Positions 24,954 to 36,897 of a stretch of 36,897 bases of DNA are shown piece after piece; positions within the stretch are counted from its first letter, which is position 1, and every line of letters starts with the position of its first letter. A program made the translations under genes and the position numbers. Origin of the DNA: Neovahlkampfia damariscottae (taxonomy: Eukaryota). The notes beneath the pieces are model-generated. The model was not told the DNA's origin and did no database searches. It saw only the letters and a program-made list of their open reading frames with translations. The stretch lies in the NCBI GenBank assembly GCA_016618085.1, contig JABLTG010000176.1:1-36897 (forward strand), written 5' to 3'.

Positions 24954-25100
24954 GAATAGAGTTTGATTGGTTGATCTTTTAAAGGAAGAAAATTAAATTA
25001 TTTAGATCAATTAAATATTTTTAATTGATAATTTTGATAAAATCAAGTCAATAAATTCAACCAATGAAAGTGAATTCAAACGTCTTATTTTTTTTTAAAC

Positions 25101-27483
25101 ATGTCCAAGTACAAAACATGTTTCATTGTTCAAGATTATACACAAAAACAACATGATGAGTTATCTGTAAAAAGAGGAGACATTGTGAAAGTAACTATTA
25201 AATACCAAACTAGACATAAAGTTACTAATTCAGTTGGTAAAATTGGATGGATTCCTTCAAATTTGATTTCGAATATTGAAATTAAAGAGTCTACTATAAT
25301 AAATAATGTTGCTACACCATTTGAAAAATTACTTGTTATCTCAAGAATGAGAAAAAGAAGAAAACGTAATATCATTCATGTTTAAAAAAAATACTTACAT
25401 TTTTAGAATTGGCAAAAAAAGCAATTAATAGACAGAATATTGTTAATGAAATTATTGAAACTGAACAAACTTATGTTGAATCACTTTCTATGATTTTAAA
25501 AGTATTTTTTATTTTTATTTTTATTTTTTAAACACATTAAAGTGGAAAGAAATAATTGTGAATTCTAAATTTTCAAATAATTTTGAAAAACAAATTGAAA
25601 TTATATTTGGACAAATACCTGCAATGTTTGATGTGAATCGAACTTTATATAAACATTTAACTGAATCACAATTTTCAACAGATGAATTAACTTCAGCATT
25701 TAATATTTTATCAAATTCTAAATCAGGATCATCTTCTGGTACAACTACACCAGTATCATCAGGATCATCAAATAATTCAGGATTTCTTTCACATTTTTTA
25801 TCAAAAAAGAAGAATAAAATAAATAAATCAACAACAACACCTACAACACCTACAACAAAAACAACAAATATTTTAAAAGAAACAAAAAAATTAACATTTG
25901 GAGAATCATTTAAAAAGATATCACCATTATTAAGATTATATACAGTATATATTAATGGATATCCAAAATCAAATGAAGCATTAAAAATAATGACTAAAGA
26001 TGATACATTTTCAATTTTCTTAACTAATATTAGAAAGAATGATTCACAATTTAAAGGATTTGATTTAAGTACATTATTAATTACACCAATACAAAGATTA
26101 CCAAGATATGGTTTATTATTAGAACAATTAGTAAAGAATACACCAGAGTTTCATTATGATTATAAAAATTTAATAGATTCATATTCTTTAATTAAAGATA
26201 TTACAGGTGAATTAAATGAAAAAAGAAATATATTTGAATCTCAAAAAAGAATTGTTGAATTAACTTCAAGATTTCCATTATTTAATGCAGAAACAGAATC
26301 AGATTCAGGTGTAAAACATAGATTAATGTTACAACATAGAAGATATGTAAATCAAGAAGAATTTTATGTAAAATCAATTTTGAATTTTTGGATTAAATGT
26401 GATTTGTTTCTGTATTCTGATATTTTATTAATTGGTGAATCACAATCTGATGATAAAAAAATATTATCAGAAAGACAATCAAATGATCGTACAAGTGGTG
26501 GTGTTGGTGTTGGTACTGGTACTGGTACTGGTGTGAGTGTTGGTAGCACAAGTGGTGGTGGTGGTGGTGTTGGTACTGGTACTGGTATTGGTACTAGTAA
26601 TGATTCAATAAATAATCGTGGATCATCAACCAATAAAAAAACCAAATTAAAATTAAGATTATCACCTCAAGATGGAGATTATGATGAATATGATGAATAT
26701 GATGATAATGATATTACAGGTAGTAGTAATTTAAAATTAAAGAATATTACTAATTCAACATCATCAAAAAAGAATAATCATTTTTTAAGAGAAAAGATAA
26801 ATTTTCCAAATTTATATTTACATTTTGGATTTTGTAAAGAATGTAAACAAGGAGAGAATGAAGAAATATTCATTTTAAAATTTTTGGATAAAGAATATGA
26901 AATTAAAGAAATTAAAAAAGGAACAAGTTTAAAATGGATAGAAGATATAAATGATTTAATTAAAAAAGATTTAAATGATTTAAAAAAAGAAAAAGAAATT
27001 AATATTGATTTAAATGATATTTTAAAAGAAAAAGAAAAAATAAAAAGACAAAGAGAAGATGAAATATTAAAAATGAATCAAGAATTTAAATCATTAATTG
27101 AAAATTATTCAAAAGTATTTACAATGTTAAACTTTGAAGAAGATTTAATTGATGATGATTTAGTTAAATATTTAAGAAATGATTCAAGATTTATGAAAGA
27201 ACATTTTGATCAAAAATTAAATCCTGCTTCAAAATTAAATTTATCTTGTGTTACTAATTTAACTAAAAATGTTAATTTATCTGAAAAAGAAGTTGAATCT
27301 TTTTCAAAATCATTTTCTTTTAATAATGAAAAATTAATAAAAAGAAAAGAAAAATTTAAAGAAGCAAATTCAAAATCATTAAATGATTTAAATCCTCATT
27401 TAATAACAATATCAAAAGAAGAAAATAATACAGTTGATATAATTACAAATAATTCAAAAAGAAAATCACCAAATAAAAAATAG
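25101..27483 (+). CDS. SH3-DH(RhoGEF)-PH guanine nucleotide exchange factor, 2 introns
   Basis: SH3 (DY...DELSVKRGD...GWIPSN), DH (NEIIETEQTYV, LLITPIQRLPRYGLLL) and a split PH (LFLYSDILL...KWIEDI). Confidence 0.88.
26491..26600 (+). repeat. Coding Gly/Thr/Val minisatellite inside the PH domain
   Basis: Two imperfect copies of acaagtggtggt...gttggtactggtactggt. Confidence 0.8.
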
Positions 27484-27637
27484 ATTATTCATCATACCCT
27501 AATGCACATACAAAATCAATAACCAGTACTAATACCAATAACCAATCTGAATTCATCATTCCATCTGATCATATTAACCAATAATCTTTAAAATAAAATG
27601 GACCAATAATAATAGTTAAAAGTGAGTTAAAAAAAGA

Positions 27638-28529
27638 ATGAAAGAACATTTATTTTTTGGATTATCTGTATTATTATTATCAAATTATTGGAGGTATATA
27701 TTTGATAATGGAATTATAATTTCTAAATTTCTTTTTAATTCCTTTTTATGGATCTTCTTTTTTGTTATTATATTTTTATTATCAATTTTATTAATATTAT
27801 TTGGATATTTATTTACAAATCCAGGTGATAAAACACATTTAACATCATCTTTAAATGAAAGAGTAAAATAAAGTGTAAATTAAAATAAAAAGAAAAAAGT
27901 AGAATTAATGAATTCATCTTCAACAGAATGGTTAAATATAATATTAAATAAGATATCAAAAGATTTTTTAAAAGAAATAAATTACAAAAAAATATTAAAA
28001 GAAATGATAAATAAATCAATAAAAGATATTCCAAATTTTATTGGTGAAATTAAAATTGAAGAATTTAAAATTGGATCATCATTACCAAAATTTTATAATA
28101 TAAAATCAGAAGAAGATGAAAAGAATGAAATATTAGTAATTACTTCAATACATGTGGCTAATCTATTTTTAGATTATTGAATTAGAAATTGAATATGAAG
28201 ATAAAGAAGCAAAGATTGAAATATTAACTGAATTATTATTAAATGAACCATTAAAACATTGGGCATCATTACCTTTAAAAATATCAATTGAAAACTTTTT
28301 TTTAAAATCAAAAATGAAATTAAAATTTACTAAAAGATTTGAATCATTATCATTTTGTTTATTAAATGAACCTGAGTATGATATAATATTAAATAATGAA
28401 ATTGGTAATAAAAAAATATTAAGAAATATACCAAAAATAACTGATATTTTAAATCAATTTTTAAAACAAATGATTAAAGATCAATTAGTTTATCCAAATG
28501 AAATTAATTTAAAATTAAAAGATTTATAA
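27638..28529 (+). CDS. Membrane-anchored SMP lipid-transfer protein, Mmm1-like, 2 introns
   Basis: N-terminal TM segments, then STEWLNIIL, IGEIKIEEFKIGSSLP and EIGNKKILRNIPKI...LVYPN. Confidence 0.72.
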
Positions 28530-28533
28530 AGAT

Positions 28534-28867
28534 TTATTCTTCTTGTTGAAGTTGTTTTGCATATTTTTTTAATTTATTTGTATCTTTAATTAAGTTTAAT
28601 AGTTCTCTATCAATTTCAGTTGTATGTTCTAAAAGTATTGTTATTTTTTGTTCATTATCATTCACTTTCTTTTCAATCTTTAAATTTTTATCTAAAATAC
28701 TATCTCTTGTTTCTTTAATATTACTTTCTAAAATAGTTTTGGTTTCACTTTAAAATACTCTTTTTAAAAAACATACTTTCTTCTTACTTGAAGTCTTTAT
28801 ACAATTGAAAATATCCAACACCTGCAGAGAGAAATGCTCCAGAAAAAAAAATACCTAATTTGTTCAT
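28534..28867 (-). CDS. Small TM plus coiled-coil protein (absent from ORF track), 1 intron
   Basis: MNKLGIFFSGAFLSAGVGYFQLYKDF, then an intron, then NETKTILESNIKETRD...QLQQEE*. Confidence 0.65.
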
Positions 28868-28939
28868 TCCTTTTCTTTAAAATTAAAGTATTTATTTTGA
28901 CCAATAAAATCAATCAAATTTTATTTATTTGTAAATAAT

Positions 28940-29425
28940 TTAAAAATACACTTTTTTACCATTTTCATTTAATTTTAATTTTCCACTGTAAAAGTCAATG
29001 GAACAATCAAGACAAAGTGAATAAAATCCTCCTGGACCATTAAAATACTTTTCTGATTCTCTATTATAACAATTTGAACATTCATTCAAATTATCTATTC
29101 TCGGTTTTGGTTCAATTTCTTTATACAATGTATCAAATGCTAAATTTATTTGAGTTTGATATGAGTTTTCTTTTATTTTTATTTTTCTTTTTTTTTGAAT
29201 CTCTAATGCTTCAGTAGTTTGTTTTTTCTTTTCTCTTCTTTGTCTTTGTCGTATCTGAGTGTTTTGAAACACTTCATCTTGTGATAAATCTTCTGTTGAA
29301 ATGTAGTTTGAATGTTCTTCTTCTGTTTTCTTGATATTCTTTGAAAATAATTGAGAAAAATACTTTTTATTTCTTTCAATATTTCTCAGTCTCTCTTTTT
29401 CGTATTCTGTTATGTCTTCACTCAT
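28940..29425 (-). CDS. Divergent GATA-type zinc-finger protein
   Basis: C-x2-C-x18-C-x2-C containing GPGG..SLC, plus an N-terminal TEYEKERLRNIERN helix. Confidence 0.7.
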   Translation of the reverse strand: MSEDITEYEKERLRNIERNKKYFSQLFSKNIKKTEEEHSNYISTEDLSQDEVFQNTQIRQRQRREKKKQTTEALEIQKKRKIKIKENSYQTQINLAFDTLYKEIEPKPRIDNLNECSNCYNRESEKYFNGPGGFYSLCLDCSIDFYSGKLKLNENGKKVYF

Positions 29426-29451
29426 TGGTGGAACAAAAACATCCAATCAAA

Positions 29452-30795
29452 ATGGGTTTAGAATACTCAAAACAAAAGTCTTCCGAAGACGATTTTGATA
29501 TTTACTCTATTGATGAAGATTCTTGGAAAATAGTTTACGAAAAACTTCAAAAAAGTCCTGTTTTTTCAAAAAAATTACACTCAAACAAGGGAAAGGTAAA
29601 AAGAAAAAAAAAAAAAATAATATTTTTAATATAGATGACTTTATTTGCAAAACAGATATCTAATGTTGAAGAATTAAAGAGAACATATCTGAATATAAAT
29701 TGGACAGGTAGGAAAAAAGAATATTTTTTTTTACCTCAAAATAGACACTATTAAACTTGTTGAAGAACAAATAAATGAAGAAGATAATATTGACGAAACT
29801 GATGTTAGAAAAGAAACATTTACAGATAAAATGAATCCAATTGGGAAATCAAAAAGTGGTGAAGAAGAGTTTGATAATTCCAAACTTAAAGAAGACTTTA
29901 AAAAGAATATTGAAGAAATGACAGAGTATATGAAAAGGTATATAAAATATATAAAATTAATAATTTATTAAGTGACGAGAGTGATATTTTAAAACAAGAA
30001 GTAAAAGTAAAACTTGTAATTTCTGAAATTGTAACAACACCACCAAAAAGAGCCATGAGAAGAGCAATATCACCTGTACTTGATACATTAAATGTTATGC
30101 CAGAATTAGGTTTATTTCATTCTGGTTTAGTTATTGGACCATGGAAAATAGATTGGAATGACAGTTCAATTGTTGTACCAAAAAAGATAATTGCAGGTGC
30201 AGCAGTAATGACTGCAGATATTGATGCTATTTCATCTTTAAGTCAATTAGAAGATTGTGTTGATAAAATAGCACACGTTATTGTTAAATGGAATTTATCA
30301 AAAATTTATAAAGATTCAGGAGGTGATAAGAAACATTATGGAAATTGTCAAGATTTTAATGATGATCTTTTAAAGTAAAATATCTTTTTTTTTTAAAAAA
30401 TATTTCTCAAAAAAAGAGCACTAGGTATCAAATTAAAATTTTCAGGACCTTTATTAAAATATATGGAAACTTTAAGGAAAGAAGGAAGATGTGATATGAA
30501 ATTCATTATGGATCAACAATTTAGAGAGGATTTTGGTGTTGGAGAAAAACAAATAGTATTTAAGACTCATGAAGAATTAGATAAATTTGTAAATTATTTG
30601 ATTTCAAAAGATGCAGAATTTATGTCAACTCATAGATCAGAATGGGTTTTATTAAAATCATTTGATAGAGCTTTATGGTTAAAACATTCAAAATATCCAG
30701 AATTAAAAGAATACATTCCTTTGGAAAATGAAAAATTTGAATTATCTTGTCCATTTGGTGATCCTGCAATTAATTCATTCTTAGGTTTACAATAA
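29452..30795 (+). CDS. Permuted papain-like (PPPDE/LRAT-type) protein, possibly myristoylated, 4 introns
   Basis: Starts MGLEYS. A His motif (GLFHSGLVIG) precedes a Cys motif (YGNCQDF). Confidence 0.6.
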
Positions 30796-30834
30796 TATTA
30801 AGTATTTAAAATACTATTTATCAAAATGAAATGA

Positions 30835-31026
30835 TTATTTTTTATTTGAATTATTATTATATGATGTCTGTTCTTTTTTATAATCTATTTCATTTACATT
30901 TTCTATTTTCTTTAACTTTTCATTCTTTTTTTGTTTGTCAAATAAATGTTCATTTCCTAATAATGGAATCTTGGTTTGTCCACCTTTTGCTAAAGTACAT
31001 GATAAACAAACTTTATATCTTGACAT
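30835..31026 (-). CDS. Possible 63-aa protein with CxxC
   Basis: ATG-initiated ORF filling a gap, with a CCAAT box about 40 nt upstream. No recognised family. Confidence 0.35.
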   Translation of the reverse strand: MSRYKVCLSCTLAKGGQTKIPLLGNEHLFDKQKKNEKLKKIENVNEIDYKKEQTSYNNNSNKK

Positions 31027-31361
31027 TAGTCTTGTGTTTTTTTTTGTTCAACTACAAAACTTTGACCAATGAAAAAAGAAACACCAAATATGGAAGTATT
31101 TATTCTTTGTCAGAATTTGATAGTAGAAGGTGTTGAAATAAGACTATTACTATCTTCATCATTTTACTGGTAAACTTGAAACAAAAACAGTGTTTTGTAC
31201 TATTGTTGATCAAAAATAAGTTGAATTATTCAAAAAATAACGTAAGATATTGCCCTCGGTGAGATATTGCAATAAAAAAGTTACTGAAAATATTTATCCA
31301 TCTCAGTAAAAACAAATGTGACCAATCAAATCATTTGTCAATTTCCAACTTGCAAAATACA

Positions 31362-32075
31362 ATGGAACAAGGCAAATTAGTTTGGGTGAGTGGATGCTCA
31401 GGAGCAGGGAAAACCTTCACAGGAGACTACTTAGAAGTCATATGTGGTTTCAAACACATTGATGGAGACTATTTATTTCACTCCAACTCAGAAGAAGATA
31501 AAAAATTGGTTGAAAATTTAAGACAAGCATTTTTTAAGTACTGGTTTGAGGAAAAAGAATCACCTGAAGAATTATGGGTACCATACTACCAAAAAATTTT
31601 TGAAAAGACAAGACAGTATCAAAAAGAAAACCCAACTAAAAATGTTGTAATCTCTCTTTCATGTTACAACAGACAATCAAGAGATTATATTCGAAATAAT
31701 CTGTCAAAAGATATTATTTACATTATGTTAGAATGTTCAAAAGATGAATTGGTTAACAGAGCTTGGGAAAGATTTGTTGTTTATTCAAAAAAGAATGAAA
31801 AAACACCAGAAGAAATGTTTGAAGTGGTGTTTAAAAAAATTTATTCAAAAGATGAATTTAGGAATTCAACTTTGGATATTCTTCGAGGATTACAACCTAT
31901 TGAGAAAGATGAAAAATTATGCTTTGCACTGGATGTATCCAACAAGGATAGAAAAGTTTTTGAAGAATTACATCAATTATTAGATTTGAAAGAAGTTATA
32001 GAAGAAATTCCAATTCAAAAAATTAAAGATCTCAATTATTCAAGATTTCAAAAATATGAAGAAAACAAAAAATAA
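31362..32075 (+). CDS. Gluconokinase-like P-loop small-molecule kinase, intronless
   Basis: VWVSGCSGAGKT, FKHIDGD, LSCYNRQSR and LQP..KDE. Confidence 0.7.
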   Translation: MEQGKLVWVSGCSGAGKTFTGDYLEVICGFKHIDGDYLFHSNSEEDKKLVENLRQAFFKYWFEEKESPEELWVPYYQKIFEKTRQYQKENPTKNVVISLSCYNRQSRDYIRNNLSKDIIYIMLECSKDELVNRAWERFVVYSKKNEKTPEEMFEVVFKKIYSKDEFRNSTLDILRGLQPIEKDEKLCFALDVSNKDRKVFEELHQLLDLKEVIEEIPIQKIKDLNYSRFQKYEENKK

Positions 32076-32573
32076 TATTTTAGTTAATCTGTTGCCATCT
32101 AGTTCAAATTTGATCAATTCACTAAACAAAAATTTATAAAGTTTGTAAATTTTGTTTAATCATGTGTTGATTAATTCCTTTGCCATTTCTTGTTTTTCAA
32201 ATTCTTTGTCAATCTCCATACAGATAGAATTATGGAATATTCTCTCTAATAGTATTAGTAATACTTTTTGAAAAGATATCTTTTTTTTTTTAATTTTTAA
32301 CAAATTTAGAAGTATTTATTTTTAATTTTCTTTGTAAAAATTTGATAAAAATAGTGTTGAAATCAAACTAATTGAAAATATTGAACAATTTGAAATTAAT
32401 TTTTTTTTATTTCTCTCAACTTGTTTTTTATTTTCTTCATTATCAGAAAATACATTTGAAAGTTTAAACTAGATGTAAAAAGAAAAGTACTCATACCCAA
32501 ATTAGAGAAATGTCATTCACCAAACTCATTTTTACAAAATATACAAAATATAATTAACCAATAAAAATAGATT

Positions 32574-33747
32574 TTAATTTTCCCATTCTTTAACAAATTT
32601 TGATTCTGAAGAAACAATATGAATTATTGGTTTTAAATTTTTTGGTAAATAATAATTTTGACTTTTCAAAAGTTGAATTAATTTTAAATTTTTATCAAAT
32701 TTAATAAATTTTTGTTTAAATTTATTTTTTGAATTTTGATCCCAAAAATATAATTTTAAATTTGACAAATAATATCTTTTTTTTGCAATTTCATCTCCAA
32801 ATGGAAATTCAGGACCATTTGGTGGAAACTATATTATTATATTTTTAAATTGTTATTCTTACCATTTCATTTAAATGATCTAAAAAAGTATCATTTTCTG
32901 AGAATTGTTGAATAACATCACACATATTATAATCATCATAAACAAATAAAACTTGAAATAATAATTCATTATTATCTATTAATATTTCACCATTTGGATT
33001 AAATTCATTTTTTGGTATTTGTTCTTTTGGAATATTAAATTCTTCATCATTTCCAATTTTAATTTTCTTTTCTTCTTTTAATATTTTTAATATTTTTAAT
33101 TTTTCTTTTTCTTTTTCTTTTTCTTTTTTAATTTCTTTTTCTTTTTCTTCTTTTTTTTTATTTTCAATTTCCATTTCATTTTTTAATTTATTTAAAATAT
33201 TTTCAAATAATTTTGAATCTTGTTTAAATCCAATCTCTGCAAATTCAATACCTAATTCATATTTTTTACAACTTAAACATGCTTTAGATCCTCTTAATAA
33301 TGCTTTTTTATTCTTTGAATCAATAGAAAGTACTTGTTTAATATCATCAATTCCTCTACCAAAATTCTCCATTAAAATATGAACATGTGATCTATATTTA
33401 GATTAAATATTTCTTTTTACCTATTATTTAATAAATCAACTTTAATTTTATCTTCCGTAATATTTTGTTCTAATCCTCTTGTATAACTTTCAATAATTCC
33501 TTTATATTGTTTTTTAAATCCTTGTTTTAACAATTTATTTCCTTGTTCTTTAAATGATATTGCAACTATTTAATAAATATTAGGTTTTTATAGACTTTTT
33601 ACTTTCATCTGGTGTATCATCATACATTAAAGTTTGCATTGCTTGAACTGTTGGATCACTTTCATTTATTTTATCAGACCACAGTGCTGTATCCAATTCT
33701 TCTTCTGGTTGCACTTCTTGTTTATTTTCTAATTCCTCAATTTTCAT
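32574..33747 (-). CDS. TTC4: TPR Hsp70/Hsp90 co-chaperone TTC4/Cns1, 3 introns
   Basis: ISFKEQGN, YTRGL, LLNNRS and KALLRGSKA TPR segments, plus C-terminal VLFVYDDYNMCDVIQQFSENDTFLDHL. Confidence 0.85.
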
Positions 33748-33789
33748 CCAATCAAATTCAGTACAATTTTTTTTTTCCTCAAACTTTTT

Positions 33790-35146
33790 ATGAACGAAAA
33801 AGTTGAAAATGTAAATTATATTTTTAATTTAATTTTAATAAGAGATTCACTTGTGAAAGATGTAGAATACCATTTATTGTTTCTTTTTCAGAAGTTATGG
33901 TTGATAAAACTGTGAAAAGACTTTCTAAAAAAAAACCAAATCCAAGTCCAAACAAAGTTTTATCATCTGCATCTTCATTTTCACCAAATTCACATTCACA
34001 ATTAAATATTAAAAAGAATTATGATGAACAAAGAAAGTTAAGAGTTATTAAAGAATTATTTGATTATGTAAAGATTAAAAAGAAAGAAATTAAAAAAAAT
34101 ATATATAGGGAACTGAAAAGACACATATAGATCATCCTTTATGTACAGAATGTTGTCAATTTTTAATTAAAAAAAATGAAAAGAATTTACAAGTACTTTT
34201 TTAATTTTAAAGATTAGGATTTAAATAATGATGAATTAGAATATGATGAATATCAATTATTAACATTTAAAAATCAATTTGAAAATATATATGATTTAAA
34301 AGAATTAAAAAATAAAAATGAAGAATTAAAAAAAGAAGAAGAAAAATTAAAAAAAGAAATAAAAGAATATGAAAATGAAAATGAAAATTTAATGAATGAA
34401 AAAGAATTAAAATTAATTGAAGATGAATATTGGAGAGAATTTAATTCATTTCAAATTAATTTATTTTCTAATCAAGAAGAAAGGTAATAATAATATTGAA
34501 CTCAATATTATAGAAATGGTTTAAAACAAAAAATACAAATTGGAACATCTGAATTAAAGAAATTATATTCAACTAATGTATATAATGATTTATTTCATAT
34601 TTGGTTTGATGGTCATTTTGGTACTATAAATAATTTTAGAATTGGTAAACTATCAACTGAAAGTGTAGAATGGAATGAAATTAATGCTGGTTTAGGTCAA
34701 TCAGCATTATTATTATTAACTATTTCAAATAAATTAAATTATCAATTTAAACAATATTCAATATTACCTTTAGGTTCATTTAGTCAAATTATATCAGGTT
34801 ATACTACAAAATATGGTAATAGTCATTTATATTCACACTTAAAGAATTATATGGTGGTCAAGGTGGTTTCTTTTGGTCATCAAAATTTGATAAAGCATTA
34901 ATTGGTTATTTTGATTGTTTAAAACAATTAATTGAATTTGTAAAACAAAAAGATTCATCATTCCTATTTCCATATGAGTAAATATTATTGAATTAATTAT
35001 CCAATAGAATTGAAGAAAATAAAATTGGTGGTTCAATATTTAAATATTCAAATACACCAGAAGATAAATGGACAAGATCAATGAAATATATGTTGACTAA
35101 TTTAAAATATTTAATTATTTTTATTTCAAAAAATAAAATTGAATAA
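33790..35146 (+). CDS. ATG6: Beclin-1/ATG6/Vps30, 6 introns
   Basis: FTCERC, DHPLCTEC, YWREFN, TNVYNDLFHIWFDGHFGTINNFRIG, VEWNEINAGLGQ and WTRSMKYMLTNLK. Confidence 0.93.
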
Positions 35147-35152
35147 AAAATA

Positions 35153-36585
35153 TTAATTTTCATTTTTTGAATAAATCATAATAGTTGAATCACCTGAACA
35201 TGATGCTAATAATGATTGATTTAAAGGATGAAAATCAACACCAAATACAATATCTGTATGTGATTTTAATGTTTGAATTAATTTTCCTTTTGATGTATCA
35301 TATATTTTAACAACATTATCTGTTGATCCTGTAGCTAATAAACTATATTTTTAATTTATATTTTTTTAAAAATACTTTTGGTTAAATGATGATTTAATTG
35401 GCCAATTTTGAATAAAATTATCTTTCCATGAATATTTTAATTGATATTTTGGTTTTCCAGTATGAATTAAACTACCCCTATCATACATTCTAATTATATT
35501 ATCATAAGATGAAACTGATAAATATCTTCCTTCTTCTAAATTCTTTGAAATTGATATTGATGAAATTGGATAATTTGATATTTTGTATTCATCAATTAAT
35601 TTTAAATTTCTTAAATCAAATGTTTTTAAATTTCCATTATGATCTCCAATTAAAATAAATTTACCTGATTTATGAACATGTATTGTATTTATTATTGAAT
35701 CATTTTTAATATTAAATATATTATTATTACTCTTAAAATCAAATCCATTTAATTCATTCTTACTATCTCCAGAATATATTATATCATTACAATCAAATTT
35801 TAAACCTATTTTGGTATTTAAAAATAATTAATAAATACATTGAATAAATCCATTGGTTAATATTGAATTTAAACATTTCTCTTTTTTTAAATTCCAAATT
35901 TTAATACATTTATCAATACCACCTGATACAATATATTCATCATCCAATGACCAATCTAAATCTAAAATACCAAATTCATGTTCATTTAAATTTAATACCT
36001 TTTTGAAGTTTAATCGATTTCATTATATTTTACTTCTTCTTGATGATCAATATTCCAAATTCTTAATGTTTTATCAAATGAACATGATGATAAAAATTGT
36101 CCGTTTGATGAAAATTTACATGAATAAACAGATCCTATTGAAGAATCAATACTATTTAATATGATAAAATACCTTCATGACCTGTTAACACAAAATGTTT
36201 TCGAAATATTTCTTTTTTTTCTTCTGAAGATGATACTTGTTTTTTTGAAGGTATTGTTTCATGATTATTATTTGTATATCCTATAGTATTTTAGTCAAGT
36301 AAAAATTAAACTTTTCTTTTCTTCTTCTAATCCATTTGTTGGTTTACTGATGATATCAAAATATTCATTTGTATCTTCATTTATATTTTGATTAAACTTC
36401 ATATTTAATTCATAAATAGTTGATTTCATATCAGAATTCTTTAGATTTTTTAATTAGAATAAAAGATAAACTTCTTTGAGTAGAAGATCAATTTTAGATT
36501 TTAATCTTTTATTCTCATCAGATAAGTTGTCAATTTCAGATTTTAAAATTGATTCACTGCTGGTAGTTTCGATTCGACTTTGCAT
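35153..36585 (-). CDS. Coiled-coil plus WD40-repeat protein, 6 introns (absent from ORF track)
   Basis: Spliced frame gives LTGHEGSVYSCKFS...SCSFDKTLRIWN, SGGIDKCIKIWN, ATGSTDNVVKIYD and HTDIVFGVDFHP. Confidence 0.82.
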
Positions 36586-36776
36586 CTAAAATAAGTTGAC
36601 CAATGAAATTAAATCTATAGTATTTATCATTTCTTATTGTTTTTTTTGAATTATTTCTATTCCGAAGTCAAAAAAATCTCCGCAAAATTGTACCAATCAC
36701 AATATTTTTTTAAAGTCTTTTTATTGGTCAATTTTAACCAATAATTCTCTAACCAGATTTTTTTGACGTTAACAAA

Positions 36777-36897
36777 ATGGACACAAGTTTAAAATGTGTA
36801 GTTGTTGGTGATGGAGCTGTCGGAAAAACATGTCTCCTTATTTCATATGCTTCAAATACTTTCCCAGATGATTATGTACCAACTGTTTTTGACAAGT
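36777..36897 (+). CDS. Rac/Cdc42-like small GTPase, 5' end (partial)
   Basis: [39 protein letters not shown]. The window ends at a probable GT donor (36896). Confidence 0.93.
   Translation, partial: MDTSLKCVVVGDGAVGKTCLLISYASNTFPDDYVPTVFDK

Overview
This is very AT-rich, extremely gene-dense eukaryotic (protist-like) nuclear DNA using the standard genetic code. It holds about 32 genes in 36.9 kb, split by about 70 tiny GT-AG introns (25-45 nt where measured). Intergenic gaps are tiny: upstream gaps almost all carry CCAAT/ATTGG boxes, and convergent genes mostly stop 3-14 nt apart, with one pair overlapping. Recognisable genes include two partial Rac-like GTPases (one at each edge), DDX49/Dbp8, two tandem amino-acid permeases, a PARG-like protein, FIBP, aprataxin, NSE2, CTU2, RPL26, PAM18, Orc1/Cdc6, an SH3-RhoGEF, an Mmm1-like SMP protein, TTC4/Cns1, Beclin/ATG6 and a WD40 protein. 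The most unusual signals concern splicing: a 3-nt microexon needed to build the DEAD motif, two abutting introns with a zero-length exon (candidate recursive splicing), and short duplications across splice sites. Other notable items are a signal-peptide/KDEL torsin- or ClpB-like ATPase whose stop overlaps a KTEL-ending MORN gene inside a 16-bp palindrome, and two odd domain fusions. All exon models were assembled by hand without transcript data, and family calls rest on remembered motifs, not database searches. The organism cannot be identified securely.
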